Shown: positions 1 through 7,288 of the stretch, piece after piece | How positions within the stretch are numbered: the first letter of the stretch is position 1 | Layout: every line of letters starts with the position of its first letter | Assembly: GCA_965230905.1 (NCBI GenBank) | Contig: OZ246396.1 | Location: 1 to 32,000, forward strand | Source: Candidatus Saccharimonadota bacterium | Lineage (GTDB): Bacteria > Patescibacteriota > Gracilibacteria > UBA1369 > 2-02-FULL-48-14 | Reading direction: 5' to 3' | Length of the DNA stretch: 32,000 nt | Made by a program: the position numbers and the translations under genes | The notes under the pieces: model-generated | The model's input: only the letters and a program-made list of their open reading frames with translations | The model's database searches: none | Told to the model about the DNA's origin: nothing

Positions 1-322
1 CCTTCCCTTTGGCTAATTCATCGATCAATTTATCCATGTAGCGGATTTTTTGCATAAGTTTGTCCTCAATTTCTTCTATGCGATAACCGCAAATTACTCC
101 TGTGATTTGCGAGGCATTCGGATGGAGCTGCGCTTCTGCAAAAAAGGTTTTGAAATCAACGGCCTTGTCGATTTGTTGCTGGAGCTCTTTTTGTGAGTAG
201 CCGGTTAGCCAGCAAATGACTTCATCCACCTCTGCCTTGCTGCGGCCTTTTTTCTCTGCTTTTTGAATATAAAGCGGGTAGACGCTGGCAAAAGACATTT
301 TAAATATTTTTGGGTTGTCCAT
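1..322 (-). CDS. DUF2200 domain-containing protein (C-terminus cut by the window edge)
   Basis: Not in the ORF track because it is truncated. Hand translation of the reverse strand from ATG 322..320 gives [107 protein letters not shown]... This matches the DUF2200 family as I remember it ([28 protein letters not shown]). Confidence 0.7.
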   Translation of the reverse strand, partial: MDNPKIFKMSFASVYPLYIQKAEKKGRSKAEVDEVICWLTGYSQKELQQQIDKAVDFKTFFAEAQLHPNASQITGVICGYRIEEIEDKLMQKIRYMDKLIDELAKGK

Positions 323-326
323 GGTT

Positions 327-731
327 CTAGTTTTTCGTGCCCTTCAGTAAAGAGCTGTACGCCTTTCTTTCTTGCCACAGGAAGTAAAGGTTGAGAACCA
401 AAAGAACGTCCGCCATTATGGCACCGGGTGTGAAGAGCCCTCCATCCAAGAAAAGGTGGAAGCCCACAATGTTGACCGTGATGGGCAAAATGAGCAGCGC
501 AGCCAAGGCCACACGTTTAGTCCAAAGACAAACAATGGCGAGTGCAAAAACTACGGCCTCGATGATCATAATGTATTTGCCGGCCATGAGCATGGCGATG
601 AAGTCATAGGCCTCGGGAGTGTTGTAGAGTTCTGGCGTGGGCGCTGGAAAGACTCCAGTTGCTCCGAGAATAGGAGTCACAAGAATTAGGGTCAAAATGA
701 CCTTGAGGACGACGTTAAGGATTTTTTTCAT
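327..731 (-). CDS. integral membrane protein, about 4 TM helices, function unknown
   Basis: 134-aa ORF with four long hydrophobic segments ([71 protein letters not shown]). Its stop lies 4 nt before the DUF2200 start, which looks operon-like. Confidence 0.6.
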   Translation of the reverse strand: MKKILNVVLKVILTLILVTPILGATGVFPAPTPELYNTPEAYDFIAMLMAGKYIMIIEAVVFALAIVCLWTKRVALAALLILPITVNIVGFHLFLDGGLFTPGAIMADVLLVLNLYFLWQERKAYSSLLKGTKN

Positions 732-842
732 GGGAGGGGGTGTGAGATAAAAACGCGGACATTATAGCAGAACCAGTCGCAGGGATGCTAGATCCAAGGA
801 TATGCTTAGCGTATCCTTTTCTCATTCTCTTATTCATCAAAT

Positions 843-1091
843 ATGACTCTTATCCCCATCGTCTCCATTGTCCTTGAGCTACTAATTGCTGTGCTAGCGC
901 TCGTTAGTGCAGTTCGCGGACGCACCTACATGGCTGGCCTAGCGCTGACCTTTGGTATTTACGTGTATTACGATTTGGCGCGACTCTATGAATGGTCCGT
1001 TTCGGAATCCTTGCTATCGGTTGTTTTTTTGATAGCCACGCTGGCGGCCTTGGTTTCGGTTGTTGGTATTTTTAAGGCTGGCTCCAAATAG
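843..1091 (+). CDS. small membrane protein (82 aa, 3 hydrophobic helices)
   Basis: The ORF has clear TM-like segments (LIPIVSIVLELLIAVLALVSAV, LALTFGIYVYY, LLSVVFLIATLAALVSVVGIF). Its last 106 nt overlap the 3' tail of the convergent Bro-N gene. Confidence 0.45.
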   Translation: MTLIPIVSIVLELLIAVLALVSAVRGRTYMAGLALTFGIYVYYDLARLYEWSVSESLLSVVFLIATLAALVSVVGIFKAGSK

Positions 1092-1945
1092 CTTTCTTTA
1101 CTCACCACTTTCTTACCGGTCTTCTGCTCTAATTCAAGGCGTGCGTTTTTAGCGACGCCTCCACCTGCCTTTCCAGCAGCCTTGTTCTCTTCCATTCCAT
1201 TTGCATTTTCACTATCAGCAATTTGACGAGTGGAAAGCTCCGCCAGAGCGGTAAAAATCAGTTCGGCCTCGGTCATGTGGTCGCGGAGGTTTTGCGACTT
1301 TAAGTTTTTGATTTCTTTATGTTCTTTAACACTTAGACCAGCCCACTCTGAATGGATGATATTGGTCAAAATGGCAAATTCCTTACCCTCCTTGATATCA
1401 TGCGTGCTCCAATAGTCGGTGAGTTTATTGCGTGTCTCCTGACCCATCATTCTTTGCTGAATCCACTTGTCACTGCGACCGTGCTTTTGCCAGTTTTCAC
1501 GAGCACGATTGAGCGACTTTTCCGGATCTGAAATTTCTTGTATTCTTTCGTATCCCACTTTTGCAAGCCATAGTTTTATAGGTTCAGCTTTTTTTGAGGG
1601 TATAGTTTGAATAAGACGTAATAAAGTTTCAATAGTTGCCACATCTGTCTTATAAAGTTTCCCGTCCGCAGATTTTAATTTCAGTTGGTCACATTTTGTG
1701 ACCAACTCACTACCCTCCTCTTTTAAGCGGTTTTTAAGGGTTGTCCAGTAGCTTTTTGCTTTTTTAAAATCAGTCTGTTCAGTCAAGGCTGCAACAATAT
1801 CAATCACAGAGAAATACCATGTTTCATTTTTCTCATCATAGTGCCTACGGATCTTGAAGTTTTCAAAGATGGCTAAAGCGTTGTTTCTCATAAGTATCTT
1901 GGATGCCTCTATCATAGGTGAGTGTCCACTCACCGTCAAGCGCAT
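986..1945 (-). CDS. Bro-N domain / DinD-like (DNA-damage-inducible protein D, antirepressor-type) protein
   Basis: The N-terminal FENFKIRRHYDEKNETWYFSVIDIVAALT is a typical Bro-N motif. The C-terminal half (NLRDHMTEAELIFTALAELSTRQIA ... AKNARLELEQKTGKKVVSKESYL) resembles DinD-type proteins. The real start may be M11 (1915) or M19 (1891). The last ~32 aa are low-complexity read-through into the antisense of 843..1091. The gene is visibly AT-richer than its neighbours. Confidence 0.8.
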   Translation of the reverse strand: MRLTVSGHSPMIEASKILMRNNALAIFENFKIRRHYDEKNETWYFSVIDIVAALTEQTDFKKAKSYWTTLKNRLKEEGSELVTKCDQLKLKSADGKLYKTDVATIETLLRLIQTIPSKKAEPIKLWLAKVGYERIQEISDPEKSLNRARENWQKHGRSDKWIQQRMMGQETRNKLTDYWSTHDIKEGKEFAILTNIIHSEWAGLSVKEHKEIKNLKSQNLRDHMTEAELIFTALAELSTRQIADSENANGMEENKAAGKAGGGVAKNARLELEQKTGKKVVSKESYLEPALKIPTTETKAASVAIKKTTDSKDSETDHS

Positions 1946-1958
1946 CCACTAAGAAAAA

Positions 1959-2165
1959 CTAAAGCGCCGCTTTATCGGCCGTAGCGCGTCTGTCTATTTC
2001 AGACTTTTGGCGAGTGGCTTCTTTGTCGAGCGCAGTTTTGTCTGCCGTGAGTTTTTGATCAAGCGCCGCTTTATCGGCGCGAGTTTTTTGGTCGACAGCC
2101 GCTTTGTCAGCCGTCACCTTTTGATCAATAGCGGTACGAGAAATGGCTTTTGCAGCTTCATCCAT
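1959..2165 (-). CDS. 68-aa protein made of 11-residue amphipathic repeats (LEA-3/apolipoprotein-like periodicity)
   Basis: Sequence reads MDEAA KAISRTAIDQK VTADKAAVDQK TRADKAALDQK LTADKTALDKE ATRQKSEIDRR ATADKAAL. It lies 13 nt upstream of and co-directional with the Bro-N gene. No family recognised. Confidence 0.4.
   Translation of the reverse strand: MDEAAKAISRTAIDQKVTADKAAVDQKTRADKAALDQKLTADKTALDKEATRQKSEIDRRATADKAAL
1962..2150 (-). repeat. 33-nt periodic coding repeat (5.7 x 11 codons)
   Basis: There is an 18-nt perfect direct repeat, aagcgccgctttatcggc, at 1962-1979 and 2061-2078 (offset 99 = 3 x 33). Degenerate 33-nt units lie between the two copies. Confidence 0.6.
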
Positions 2166-2208
2166 AAAAAAGGGGTTATTTGCGCTGAGTTTAGTGTACT
2201 CTCTAGTT

Positions 2209-2667
2209 ATGACGCAGAAACCACAAAAACTTTACCACGGAACGAACAAACGCATCAGTGGAGCGCTTAAGCCGATTTTTGCAACGGAAAGGCTCGATTT
2301 AGCGGCGCTGTTCATGTTCCCTTTCGACCATATTGCGAGCATAGGATTTGAGGAAGACACCGCCTACATCTGCATTTGGGGTACGCCGGAAGCATTTGAA
2401 GAAAAAGATTTTGGTGGATTTATTTATGTGCTCCCCAGTACGACTTTTGAAAAAATCGGCAAAGATTACGAGTACCAAAGCTTTGAAGCGGTGGAACCGG
2501 AGACCACGAAAGTTTTTGAATCCGTAATCGACGGAATGATGGATTGCGGTGTACAGGTTTATTTTATTGATGATGAAGCAGTTTTTGATCAGATTGTGGC
2601 CGATAAGAAAAATCGCGCGCCCTTATTGAAGACTCTGGTTTCGGAGAATGAGAAGGAGGAGGATTAG
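2209..2667 (+). CDS. hypothetical protein (152 aa)
   Basis: This is ORF 2143..2667 trimmed to ATG 2209 (MTQKPQKLYHGTNKR...), because the upstream 22 codons overlap the divergent 1959..2165 ORF. No motif recognised. The C-terminus is acidic. Confidence 0.55.
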   Translation: MTQKPQKLYHGTNKRISGALKPIFATERLDLAALFMFPFDHIASIGFEEDTAYICIWGTPEAFEEKDFGGFIYVLPSTTFEKIGKDYEYQSFEAVEPETTKVFESVIDGMMDCGVQVYFIDDEAVFDQIVADKKNRAPLLKTLVSENEKEED

Positions 2668-3137
2668 CCTAAAAGGTTTCTGAGTTTTGGGAAGCGTTTG
2701 CAGATAGGAAGTTTGCCGCACCATGCGTCGAGGCCGTAAACGCGCCCGGCTTGAATCGCGACGAGGAATAGTAGAGCAAAACTATAAATGATGTGTTCAT
2801 CCACAATGAGTGCGTGTTCATTTGGGTATGGGAAACCGAGAGCGAGGTAGTAAAGCATCATCAAAAGAATTCCCAGTACGCCACTGAGTCGGACAAAAAG
2901 CCCAAGTATGAGGGAAACTCCTAAAAGGGTAAGTCCCCACTCATTCATAAAGTCTATGGCTGGCAAAAAGCTGGAATTGGCCATCCATACATAAAATCCG
3001 GTGGAGTCCGTTGCGTTTTCTAAATAACCCTGGGACGTCCACTCTGGGTCTAGGACCTTGGAGATCCCTGCGTAAAAAAACATCCAACCCAAGCTCACGC
3101 GAAAAAGAGTGAGTGAAATTTTTTGGAATTTTTTCAT
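2664..3137 (-). CDS. DoxX family membrane protein
   Basis: The N-terminus LFRVSLGWMFFYAGISKV is typical of DoxX. There are four hydrophobic helices in 157 aa. The start overlaps the VKOR stop in an ATGA (3134-3137). Confidence 0.8.
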   Translation of the reverse strand: MKKFQKISLTLFRVSLGWMFFYAGISKVLDPEWTSQGYLENATDSTGFYVWMANSSFLPAIDFMNEWGLTLLGVSLILGLFVRLSGVLGILLMMLYYLALGFPYPNEHALIVDEHIIYSFALLFLVAIQAGRVYGLDAWCGKLPICKRFPKLRNLLG

Positions 3138-3577
3138 GAAGCGCGTTTGGTGAGTTTATAAAGCGAGAGCGCAAAGGCCCATTCAATCAAAATAATGATT
3201 TGTTGGGTGACGCAGAATAGACAGTAGGTATGCAGCACAAAACTTTCCACGGCGGTGAGGTAAAGGGTGAAAGCCACTCCCCCGCTCAAAACTAAAAAGT
3301 ACCAAGGGATGAAGCGGTTTTGATTTTTCCGCAGTCCGCGCAGGGCGAAAATAAAGAAGCTGAGGTAGGCCGCGAAGCCAATGGCGGCCACGGGAACGCC
3401 AGCGATTTCCGCATAAATACTTTTGTTCACGATTTCACAATTCCACTGCTCCCCCAAATTACAAAAATCCGTGAGAGAGGGCTCAAAATGAACGTAAACT
3501 AAATAGCCGCTCACCACCATGCCCAAAAAGTTCAAGACTGCGAGGACTTTGTAATGCGTTTTTTGAGTGAGTTTCAT
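3134..3577 (-). CDS. vitamin K epoxide reductase (VKOR) family thiol oxidoreductase
   Basis: It has a loop cysteine pair CNLGEQWNC, a conserved S.Y....GVP.A..G segment (KSIYAEIAGVPVAAIG), and a CxxC in the last helix (YCLFCVTQQ). 4-5 TM segments. Confidence 0.8.
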   Translation of the reverse strand: MKLTQKTHYKVLAVLNFLGMVVSGYLVYVHFEPSLTDFCNLGEQWNCEIVNKSIYAEIAGVPVAAIGFAAYLSFFIFALRGLRKNQNRFIPWYFLVLSGGVAFTLYLTAVESFVLHTYCLFCVTQQIIILIEWAFALSLYKLTKRAS

Positions 3578-3592
3578 GGCCTCACTGTAGCA

Positions 3593-4405
3593 CTAGACTT
3601 TCCGAATCACAAAACACCAATGCGTGAAGGCGCGGTCGAAGTCGGGTGCTTCCAGGTCGGTGATTTCTTCTACGATGCAGGGCGCGAGGCGGCGTTCGTC
3701 CATTTGAAAGCCGGTGCAGTTGTTGGAGAATAAAATGAAACCGTCGTCGGTGAGCAAGTCGAGCGCCCCGTTGATGAGCGCCGGGTAATCACGTTCCACC
3801 GAAAAGGTTTTGCCTTTGTTTTTGCTGAACGTGGGCGGGTCGATGATGATGATGTCGTATTTGAGTTCTTTGCGTTTGGCGTAGCGGAAAAATTCCAGCG
3901 TATCCATTTTGTAGACCCAGTTTTTTTCGGGCGGGAGGGCGTTGAGGGCCAGGTTTTTTTTGATCCACTCGCAGTAGGTTTCCGAAAGATCCACGCTCGT
4001 GGTTTTTTCGGCCCCGCCTGCTGCTGCGTACACAGAAAAACTACCGGTGTAAGCAAAGGTGTTGAGCACTTGTTTGCCGGCGCTTTGCTCGCCAATCCAC
4101 TTGCGGGTTTCGCGGTGATCCAAAAATAGCCCCACATCTAAATAATCAGAAAGGTTGATGAAAAAAGTGTGGCCGTTTTCTTCCACGGTGATTTCGCTGT
4201 GCGCAGTTTTCACCGGCTCCCCCGCTCCCTTGCCGCGGCGGTCTTTGTAAAAAAACTCGCTGATGGGCACTTGCTCACGCAGGTACGCTTCGAGGTCTGG
4301 CTTATGCGGCATCTCACCAAACACATGGATCACCGCCTTGTCTTTATAAATATCCACGGCCAGGTCGTCATCGCGGTATAAACGGTAGGCTTCATGGGTT
4401 TGCAT
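3593..4405 (-). CDS. rlmK: stand-alone RlmK-like 23S rRNA (m7G2069-type) SAM-dependent methyltransferase
   Basis: Collinear with the C-terminal (RlmK) half of E. coli RlmKL as I recall it. Shared segments are YRLY.DD, LSDYLDVGLFLDHRETR, VLNTFAYTGSFSVYAAAGGA..TTSVDLS.TY.EW, IIIDPPTFS and ILFSNN..GFQMD. Confidence 0.8.
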   Translation of the reverse strand: MQTHEAYRLYRDDDLAVDIYKDKAVIHVFGEMPHKPDLEAYLREQVPISEFFYKDRRGKGAGEPVKTAHSEITVEENGHTFFINLSDYLDVGLFLDHRETRKWIGEQSAGKQVLNTFAYTGSFSVYAAAGGAEKTTSVDLSETYCEWIKKNLALNALPPEKNWVYKMDTLEFFRYAKRKELKYDIIIIDPPTFSKNKGKTFSVERDYPALINGALDLLTDDGFILFSNNCTGFQMDERRLAPCIVEEITDLEAPDFDRAFTHWCFVIRKV

Positions 4406-4419
4406 GCGGGGAGTTTAGA

Positions 4420-4758
4420 CTAAGGCTGCTTTTTTGGCGAGCTTTGACGCCCGTACTTGGCCCGTAAACGCAGATTGGCTTCTTGGGAGGCTTTTTGAAA
4501 ATTGGTGAGCGCTGAAATGATTCCGTCGGCCCCGTTGTTCATGGAACTTTCAATTTCCTTTTTTATATCTTCCTTTTGTTTGTCGCCTAAATCGAGGTGT
4601 TCCATCCCATTACAGCTTGCATTGGTGAGCACATCCACCACCGTTTTAAGGGCTTCCGGGTCGCCAATGGCTGCCGAAAAAGCCGCTACGGCAAAGTCTT
4701 TAACGTTGCGCCAGTAGTTAGGGTCGTCTTTTGAAGCTGGGATTGGATTTATTTCCAT
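4420..4758 (-). CDS. hypothetical protein (112 aa)
   Basis: The ORF lies 14 nt upstream of and co-directional with the rlmK-like gene. The sequence is hydrophilic with a basic C-terminal tail. No motif recognised. Confidence 0.5.
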   Translation of the reverse strand: MEINPIPASKDDPNYWRNVKDFAVAAFSAAIGDPEALKTVVDVLTNASCNGMEHLDLGDKQKEDIKKEIESSMNNGADGIISALTNFQKASQEANLRLRAKYGRQSSPKKQP

Positions 4759-4820
4759 CTCTTTATTATAGCATTTTTTTGGAGTTTTCCCTATACTTCC
4801 TGGGCATTTTATAACACTCT

Positions 4821-5237
4821 ATGAAAAAATTCCTTATCCTGCTATGCTCTGCCCTCTTATTAACTTCTTGCGGCACTATGAAACCTACCGATGAAACTCC
4901 CGTTGATACTAGTTCAGCCGAACTCGGCATTGAAGATTTAACCGTTGGCGACGGGGACGAAGCCAAAGCTGGCGACACCGTTGAGGTTCACTATGTGGGC
5001 ACTCTGGAGGATGGAACGAAGTTCGACAGCTCTCGCGACCGAGGAGAAACCTTTAGCTTCACGATTGGTGAAGGTTATGTGATTGAAGGCTGGGAAAAAG
5101 GCGTGCCTGGCATGAAAGTGGGCGGCCTCCGAAAACTGACCATTCCTTCTGACATGGGTTACGGCGACTACGGAACTGGACCTATTCCCGGTGGAGCTAC
5201 CTTGATTTTTGAGGTGGAACTGGTGAGCATCCAATAA
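4821..5237 (+). CDS. FKBP-type peptidyl-prolyl cis-trans isomerase, lipoprotein
   Basis: It has a lipobox LLTSC|G. The FKBP core reads GDTVEVHYVGTLEDGTKFDSSRDRGETFSFTIGEGYVIEGWEKGVPGMKVGGLRKLTIPSDMGYG...ATLIFEVELV. Confidence 0.9.
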   Translation: MKKFLILLCSALLLTSCGTMKPTDETPVDTSSAELGIEDLTVGDGDEAKAGDTVEVHYVGTLEDGTKFDSSRDRGETFSFTIGEGYVIEGWEKGVPGMKVGGLRKLTIPSDMGYGDYGTGPIPGGATLIFEVELVSIQ

Positions 5238-5265
5238 AGACCGTGGCGTCAGCCACAAATTACTT

Positions 5266-5985
5266 ATGACTGAACGGCTTCATAAACGGATCGCCAGCAG
5301 CGGATATTGTTCCCGCCGAATGGCCGAACGCTTGATTGCCGAGGGTGAAGTGAGCGTGAACGGACAAGTGGTGAGCGAGATGGGCGTGCAGGTTTCGGAG
5401 AAAGACACCATTATTGTGGAGGGCACCAAACTCAAGTTCACGGGCGAAAAAATCACCCTGATGATGAACAAGCCGGTGGGCATTGTAACCACCCGTCACG
5501 ACCCCGATGGCGCAGAAACCGTGATGGACCTGCTCCCGCGCAAATACCAGCACCTCAACCCCGTGGGGCGGCTCGACCGTGAGTCCGAGGGACTTTTGCT
5601 TTTGACGACGGATGGCGATTTGCTGCTGCACCTCACCCACCCGCGCTACGAACACGAGAAGACTTATGAGGTGGGCTTGTACGGAACGGTGGAACCCACA
5701 ACTTTGGAAGCGTTGGAGGAAGGCGTGGAATTGGATGATAAAAAGTTGGCGCCCATGAAGGCCAGTGTGCTGCGTGAAGAGGGCCACCGAACTTGGGTTC
5801 AGGTGATTTTACGAGAGGGACGCAAACGCCAAATCCGCCGCGTGATGGAACAATTCGGCCACACCGTGTTTGCGCTGCGCCGCGTGGCGATTGGGAAATT
5901 GGAACTTGGGGATGTGAAGACCGGAAGCTTCCGCTTGATCACAGCGAAAGAAGTGAAATTGGCGCTTTCGAAGGGACAAGAATAA
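5266..5985 (+). CDS. pseudouridine synthase, RsuA/RluB family (S4 domain + catalytic domain)
   Basis: The N-terminal S4 motif is RLHKRIASSGYCSRRMAERLIAEGEVSVNG. The catalytic motif is GRLDRESEGLLLLTTDGDL. It also contains EGRKRQIRRM. Confidence 0.9.
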   Translation: MTERLHKRIASSGYCSRRMAERLIAEGEVSVNGQVVSEMGVQVSEKDTIIVEGTKLKFTGEKITLMMNKPVGIVTTRHDPDGAETVMDLLPRKYQHLNPVGRLDRESEGLLLLTTDGDLLLHLTHPRYEHEKTYEVGLYGTVEPTTLEALEEGVELDDKKLAPMKASVLREEGHRTWVQVILREGRKRQIRRVMEQFGHTVFALRRVAIGKLELGDVKTGSFRLITAKEVKLALSKGQE

Positions 5986-6026
5986 AAACTGTGCTAAACT
6001 TTTTGTATACTTTTTAATCCAAGCCT

Positions 6027-6287
6027 ATGTCAGCAACTCCATCTAAAAATTCTATCGACTTCAAAGATCCCTTTGTCATTTGGGGCGGCCTTTTGATCGG
6101 ACTGGGTATTGGTTTCGGCGGTGTCCTGGGAGGAGCCATTGGCGGAGGCGCAGGGCTTTACATCATTCAACTTGGTAAAAAAGTGGAGTACTCAAAATCC
6201 AAAAAAATCAGCATTGCAGCGGGGGTGACCGTGGTTGCAATTGTGCTATACATTTTGGTACTTGGACTTATTTTGAGCGCGCTCTAA
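6027..6287 (+). CDS. small Gly-rich membrane protein (86 aa)
   Basis: Two hydrophobic helices, the first glycine-zipper-like (GGLLIGLGIGFGGVLGGAIGGGAGLYII). It sits in an operon position between the pseudouridine synthase and znuA-like genes. Confidence 0.5.
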   Translation: MSATPSKNSIDFKDPFVIWGGLLIGLGIGFGGVLGGAIGGGAGLYIIQLGKKVEYSKSKKISIAAGVTVVAIVLYILVLGLILSAL

Positions 6288-6304
6288 TCACTTAGCTTTT
6301 ACAT

Positions 6305-7288
6305 ATGAAAAAACTCTTTTCGATTCTGCTATTGAGTGCTCTTTTTGCCGGCTGCACCGGTGAACTTGGTCAAGAACCGGAATCGGAAAAATTGCAGGTG
6401 GTGGCGAGCATTTATCCTTGGGCTTTTTTTGCGGAGCAAATTGGCGGTGACCTTTTGGAAGTGCGTACTCTGGTTCCGCTTGGACTCGAGCCGCATGACT
6501 ACGACCCCTCGCCCGATGACCTGAAGGCGCTGTATGACGCCAATTTGTTTATTTACAATGGCGCGGCTTTGGAGCCCTGGGTTACGGATGTGGAATTTGA
6601 ACTTCGCCAAGATGGCGTGCAGCTTTTTGCAGCAGCCGACAATGTAGAACTCATTCCTTTGGAAGAAGGACTTGAGCATGAAGAAGAGGACGAGCACAGC
6701 TTCATTCCCAGCGCTTCTGCGCACGACACTGGCGAGGAGCACACTGAGTACGACCCTCACCTTTGGCAGGATCCCGTGCGCGTGCGTATGGTGGTTCAGT
6801 CCATGGCGAATACTTTTGCGAGTCTCGACGCGGAGAATGCCGATGTGTACCTGGCCAATGCTAAAGTACTCATGAGTGAACTCGATGAAATAAATGAAAA
6901 TTTTGCGAGCGACCTACAAAGCTGCACGCTTAAAGAGTTTGTGGTTTCCCACGCGGCCTTTGCTTATTTGGCGAATCGCTATGGGCTCACCATGATTCCC
7001 ATTAGCGGGATTTCGCCTCACGATGAACCCACCATTAAGGAACTGGAAGAGATTTCCAAAGTTGTGGAGGAACATGGCATCGACACTATTTACACCGAGA
7101 CTTTGATCAATTCGTCTTTTGCGGAAACCATTGGTAATGAAACGGGTGCAGAGCTTTTGGTTTTGAATCCTTTGGAAGGGCTCACCGCAGCCGACGTGGA
7201 GGCGGGCGAAAATTTCCTCACGATATTTGCAAAGAACCTGGCGAATTTGAAGGTAGGCCTCGTTTGTAGCGAGCCTACAGATTCTTAA
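6305..7288 (+). CDS. znuA: metal (probably Zn2+) ABC-transporter substrate-binding lipoprotein, ZnuA/TroA family
   Basis: It has a lipobox LFAGC. Family-typical segments are VVASIYPWAFFAEQIGG, EPHDYDPSP and DPHLWQDP. The His/Asp/Glu-rich loop LEHEEEDEHSFIPSASAHDTGEEHTEYDPH is characteristic of Zn-specific members. Confidence 0.85.
   Translation: MKKLFSILLLSALFAGCTGELGQEPESEKLQVVASIYPWAFFAEQIGGDLLEVRTLVPLGLEPHDYDPSPDDLKALYDANLFIYNGAALEPWVTDVEFELRQDGVQLFAAADNVELIPLEEGLEHEEEDEHSFIPSASAHDTGEEHTEYDPHLWQDPVRVRMVVQSMANTFASLDAENADVYLANAKVLMSELDEINENFASDLQSCTLKEFVVSHAAFAYLANRYGLTMIPISGISPHDEPTIKELEEISKVVEEHGIDTIYTETLINSSFAETIGNETGAELLVLNPLEGLTAADVEAGENFLTIFAKNLANLKVGLVCSEPTDS

Noticed and set aside
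796-818. The inverted repeat AAGGATA-n9-TATCCTT in the divergent spacer between 731 and 843, considered as an operator site.
   Set aside because: It is a single 7-bp palindrome with no second copy and no adjacent regulator gene. That is within chance expectation for a 110-nt AT-rich spacer.
986-2667. A prophage call based on the Bro-N/antirepressor-like gene.
   Set aside because: It is a single phage-associated gene. No integrase, terminase, capsid, tail or repressor genes and no att-like repeats were found. It is better described as an isolated AT-rich islet or remnant.
5260-5787. A 175-aa minus-strand ORF opposite the pseudouridine synthase. Similar antisense or out-of-frame ORFs occur at 372-689, 3670-4137, 6329-6760, 7657-8271, 9996-10469, 10683-11063, 11485-12290, 13008-13460, 14033-14727, 15593-15958, 16491-16877, 27296-28132, 28362-28739, 29590-30087, 30314-30700 and 31035-31841.
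   Set aside because: Each lies entirely within a gene whose other-strand or other-frame product has strong family motifs. The alternatives have biased, featureless sequences.
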